This document shows, in pieces, positions 59,906 to 64,000 of a stretch of DNA of 64,000 bases. Each line of letters starts with the position of its first letter. Within the stretch, counting starts at the first letter, position 1. The DNA is taken from NCBI GenBank assembly GCA_043228905.1, contig JBHGNT010000013.1:9238001-9302000 (forward strand). The letters run 5' to 3'. The stretch comes from Azolla caroliniana (Eukaryota > Plantae > Polypodiophyta). Both the position numbers and the translations under genes were made by a program. The notes beneath the pieces were generated by a model. It was given only the letters and a program-made list of their open reading frames with translations. It did not search any database and had not been told where the DNA came from.

Positions 59906-61642
59906 TTATTCCCTTGACTGTCCTGCCCGGGAGGACAGAATGATGCCCACAATCAACCCATAGAGGGCCAAAGCTTCCGCAAAGATAAGAATAAGTATCA
60001 TGCCAACAAAAAGCTTGGGTTGCTGTGCATTTGCCCTATACCAGGACACAAAAGGATTAATGAGCTTATTAAACAGTCAAAAGACAGAATGAACCATGAA
60101 ATATCATAATCAAACATAGTTAGAAACCTGAAATAAACAAGGCAGATTCAGATTTAAAGATCATTAAGGAAAGTATGTTTACGATAATAAACAATGTTGT
60201 TAAAAGATCATAATGAAGGTAATATCATAATATCATAATAGAAGGTAAAGTACCTGACTCCAGCATCACCAACAATACCAATAGCCATACCAGCAGATAA
60301 GCCAGCTAAACCACAAGCCAGACCCGATGATAGATGTGCATAACCATCAAAAAGGTAATAGGCAGTACTTTTTGGATTGATTCCTGTGCTTATAATGACA
60401 GCAATGATTAAACCATATATGCCTAAGACACCAGCCATGACCACTGGCACGATCGACTTCATCACAAGCTCTGGCCGCATTACACCCATCGATGCTACCC
60501 CAACCCCACTTTTTGCAGTTCCATATGCCGCACCCATACCTATGTATGTTGTATCATTTGCATTAAAAGAATGTAACATTTGCATTAAAAGAAGTTACCA
60601 TATCAAATATAAAGGTCTCCTAGAAATTTCAGCAAAAAGATTAGACAGCTTGTATTGAAACTGAAATAAGTAATAAAAGTTAGATAGAAATTTCAGCAAA
60701 AAGAATACATCATTTGTAAAAAGATCGAAACAATCGCATATAAAAAAGAGATAACAAATGGTACACAATTTGGAGTAATCTTAGTATTATTAATGGGGTG
60801 TAGACCTCCAAATGATTAAATTATCCTACTCAAAAAGATGTCCCAAGGAGAAATTTAAGGTTTATGTTAGCATATAATGGTAACATCTTTCGCAAAACTA
60901 AACAACATGTGGGATGCTTATGATCAGGAGATAACAAGATAAAAGAGTACGTTTTAACCCCATAAATTCTGAGTCTGATTCGGGATGAAAGATAATTATC
61001 AATAGAAGTCAATTTGAGAAGGAGAATGAAGCATTGTCTCATCAAGTATTTCTATAGCATCCATGTCAATATTGGGGCACTCAGCAGTGAATCAAGATTC
61101 AAAACGAAGATAAAATTTGGAAGGCTTATACTAACTCTGGGCCTACACACTAAGGCACACATTTTAACACAAAATTTTCAGATCATATAATTAATGATTC
61201 TCAAAAGTTGTTGCATCATCTAAAACAAAAATAAGGTCTAAGAATCTCCATGAATACCAGGGCTTATATCTGAGTCATATTGATTAAGGATCAAATCGCA
61301 TGAGCGATCTATTTTTCTTCGCAATGGCAAACTCATGAATACTTTGGAATATAAGAAACATACACCCAAGATCAAGTAGCAAGTCTTGTATTATGTTTTG
61401 CGCTTTGCAGAGATAAAACAGCTAAAAAACCAAAATAGATTTACGTATTCTGAGATCGGAGGTGAAGCCAAGGGCAGATCTAACGAGATCTTACACCAAA
61501 TAAGAAGTGGAAAGCGAGAACAAATTCGCAAGAAGACGAGTGGGAATGAAACGTGCTTACATGAGAAAACGAGGGCTGCTGCTGCTCCAAGGAAGCCAAA
61601 GAAGGGAGCGGTGGTGTCGCCATTGAATTCGGTGGTAGACAT
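59906..61642 (-). CDS. VHA-c: V-type H+-ATPase 16-kDa proteolipid subunit c; exons 61642-61561, 60539-60254 and 60035-59906 (165 aa)
   Basis: [28 protein letters not shown] / [22 protein letters not shown] / [46 protein letters not shown] introns; exon lengths sum to 498 nt. Confidence 0.97.
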
Positions 61643-61759
61643 GTCTCTCCTCCTCCACAAGAAGACGACGACGAAGAAGAAGAAGAAGCCGACGATGACG
61701 AAGACAAAGACGGAGAGCGATAGATTTAGAAATATGTAGCAGAACTCAACAAAAATGTG

Positions 61760-61935
61760 GTGTGTATTTATGTATGTATGTTCACCACACATACGTGTGT
61801 ACTTGCGTATATACATATGTACAGTATGTATTATTATGTATATATGTACGTACGTACGTATGTAGGTATGTGTATGTATGTATGTATTTGTGTGTGTGTG
61901 TTTACGTGAATAATGTGTGTATGTGTGTGGTGTAG
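61760..61935. repeat. Degenerate (TG/TA/TATG)n simple repeat upstream of VHA-c
   Basis: Direct inspection. Confidence 0.8.
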
Positions 61936-63348
61936 TTTTGTTTGGGAGTGGCGAACACGGCACACCGAAGATTAAGAGTGTGAAGAATTTGCTATCTCTT
62001 TAAGGCACTTCATTTGATGCTGCCATCTCTTTTTATCAAAGATCAAGTGTGTGAAGAATCCAGTACCTCTCTAAGGTAGATCCAATACGATGCATTGATC
62101 CCAACTAAATCGAAGTTTAGGGAATCAAGTTCTGATCATGACATTAAGGTTTCTTCTTATGGTCTCATGACATCAAGTTGCACATCTATTTCCTGTTATT
62201 TTTCATTCGTGTATGTATGTACATATATAGTAATTGCAGTGTCATGAACCACTCTTGGGACATTTAATGGATGGTTGTTTCACTTTTTCCTTCTTGTTAT
62301 TATTCTTGTGTCTAATATATATTCTAGAGCCTTGACCATAAATTATACTTTATGGTTGGATCTAAGAATTAAAGTTTCATACTTTTTACGTCACTATTAC
62401 ATTCTTTTCATACACTTAGTGCATGCACAAGTGTGGACACATAACAAGTGGAATTTGTTAACCATCATCGCATCTGCCTTTTAAAGGGGCATGATATCAA
62501 TTGTGAGAGATTCAACACCTCGCTAAACATTCTGGTATAAAAACAAAATGGCAATGTCAATGCATTGATCTCATTTATGAACCAAGTTGTTTCGTAGGAA
62601 AAATGTGAATATCACAAAGCCTTTGTTTTATCAAAATAAAAATGCCAATGCTAGTGCCAATGGCATAAAGGCTTTATAATATGTATATGCATACATATAC
62701 ATAGACCAAAAATCTTGAGTGCACAATCTCAAACTAGAATTTAGAGAGTTGTACACTAAAGGGAAATGTTTGGAAATATGTTCAAATGTTCCGCATATTT
62801 CAAAAGGAGTGAAGTACACGAATGTTTCATTCTCCATTCAATTAGACAAGAAGAAAACCACCTCATATGAACACAAAATAACTTAATCCCATGAGCTTAT
62901 ATGGTAGATTGTCAAAACACGAAATCAATTATTGCATTCTTTCACAAATCTAAGTCCCTAATCAATAATTAAGGTTTGCATTAATTCTTAGTTAATGAAT
63001 GTTCCTACACTCAAATAAACCACCATTATTATCATGAATTGCTCTTATAATTATGCATTCCAATACCCCAACACCCCTCTCTTAAGTTTTTTCAATAAAT
63101 TCACCAACCCTATAATGTTTCATTCTTGGTATGCTTATTGTACTCCAAACCCCTCAACACTTTCTGCTTAATATAATTTATGACTTTGTAATTCCCTTTA
63201 TCCTTAAGGGTTGTCTCAATCCCTAGCATTAAAAATAATCCTCCCTTCTTTACATTCTTAATTAACCATCACACTCTTATGTTCGTAATATATTCCTCCT
63301 CTATAAGACATTGGACTTTTGCAATGAGAAGTTGGGAAAGTTAGTTTT

Positions 63349-64000
63349 CTTTTTTTTTTCCCAAAAAAACCTCCTTCCATTAGTTATAAAGATTTTACAA
63401 ATGAGATTATTATATACAAATCCCTATAGGGACACGATAGGTCCATCTTATGTGGATGCCCACTGCCTCAAGAAAGGGAGAGGATGACCATTGTTGGATA
63501 AACGCTAGTCGTTGTCTTTCAACTCTATTGGAGTCGCCCTTGAGGCCATCATATTGGCTCTTTAGAATGGCTACAACTTCACTCCATATCTCTTGCATTA
63601 ACATTATTGGTTGCACGCTTTGGTTGGAGAAGACCCGTCTACATCGTTGTTTCCGTAGAATCCAAAGAGTTATTGGGCTAACCAAGTCCAACACAACTTG
63701 AGATTTGGCACTAATCGAAGTTAAGTGGATATTGTCGATGGTGGAAAAAAAACCTCTTGTGCTTTTATAACCAAAGTCGTCCCCTCTTCCTGATGCTTAT
63801 ATTTGTCAATTGGGGCTTGCCATAATAGCCAACATACATTCCCCCACTTGATTGAGCCTTGCTTCCCATAGAGACAGTGTTCACACTAGCTAGTGAACAT
63901 CATAGTAGGCTAGATTTGTAATTAGTAGAAAGGGCACTTGCCCTAGATCAATTGGTATTTAAACCAACCTTTTGTAACTTAGTTACTGTTGGATGTAATA
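63349..64000 (-). mobile_element. Possible degraded LINE (L1-like) 3' end
   Basis: The ORF remnant ITLWILRKQRCRRVF resembles the W..W..RN..VF tail of L1 ORF2. A T-run at 63349-63359 could be a poly(A) tail. Confidence 0.4.

Noticed and set aside
61391-61963. 190-aa ORF as a standalone gene
   Set aside because: It is a simple-repeat translation fused to VHA-c exon 1 and intron read-through.

Overview
Repeat-dominated nuclear DNA from a land plant. A fern or other seed-free vascular plant is inferred from the DYW:WW-type PPR gene. About 80% is nested LTR retrotransposons, whose boundaries I resolved by eye from TG..CA termini and TSDs. They include two related Athila/OTA-like Gypsy elements (A, 6218-15915, minus, young, inserted in B, 2963-23448, plus, degraded and apparently chimeric), many Copia elements and solo LTRs, a gag-only element with a tRNA-Trp PBS (E) and a non-coding element with a Tf1-like self-priming signature (D). 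There are also LINE fragments and two host genes: a PLS-E-DYW PPR editing-factor gene and a three-exon V-ATPase proteolipid subunit c gene. The most striking signal is that Gypsy A and B both lack a polypurine tract. In its place each has a covarying tRNA-Arg-like 3' half ending in CCA exactly 2 nt before the 3' LTR, directly after a conserved ~890-aa extra ORF of unknown function. All alignments and tRNA matches were made by eye or from memory, and no database searches were run.
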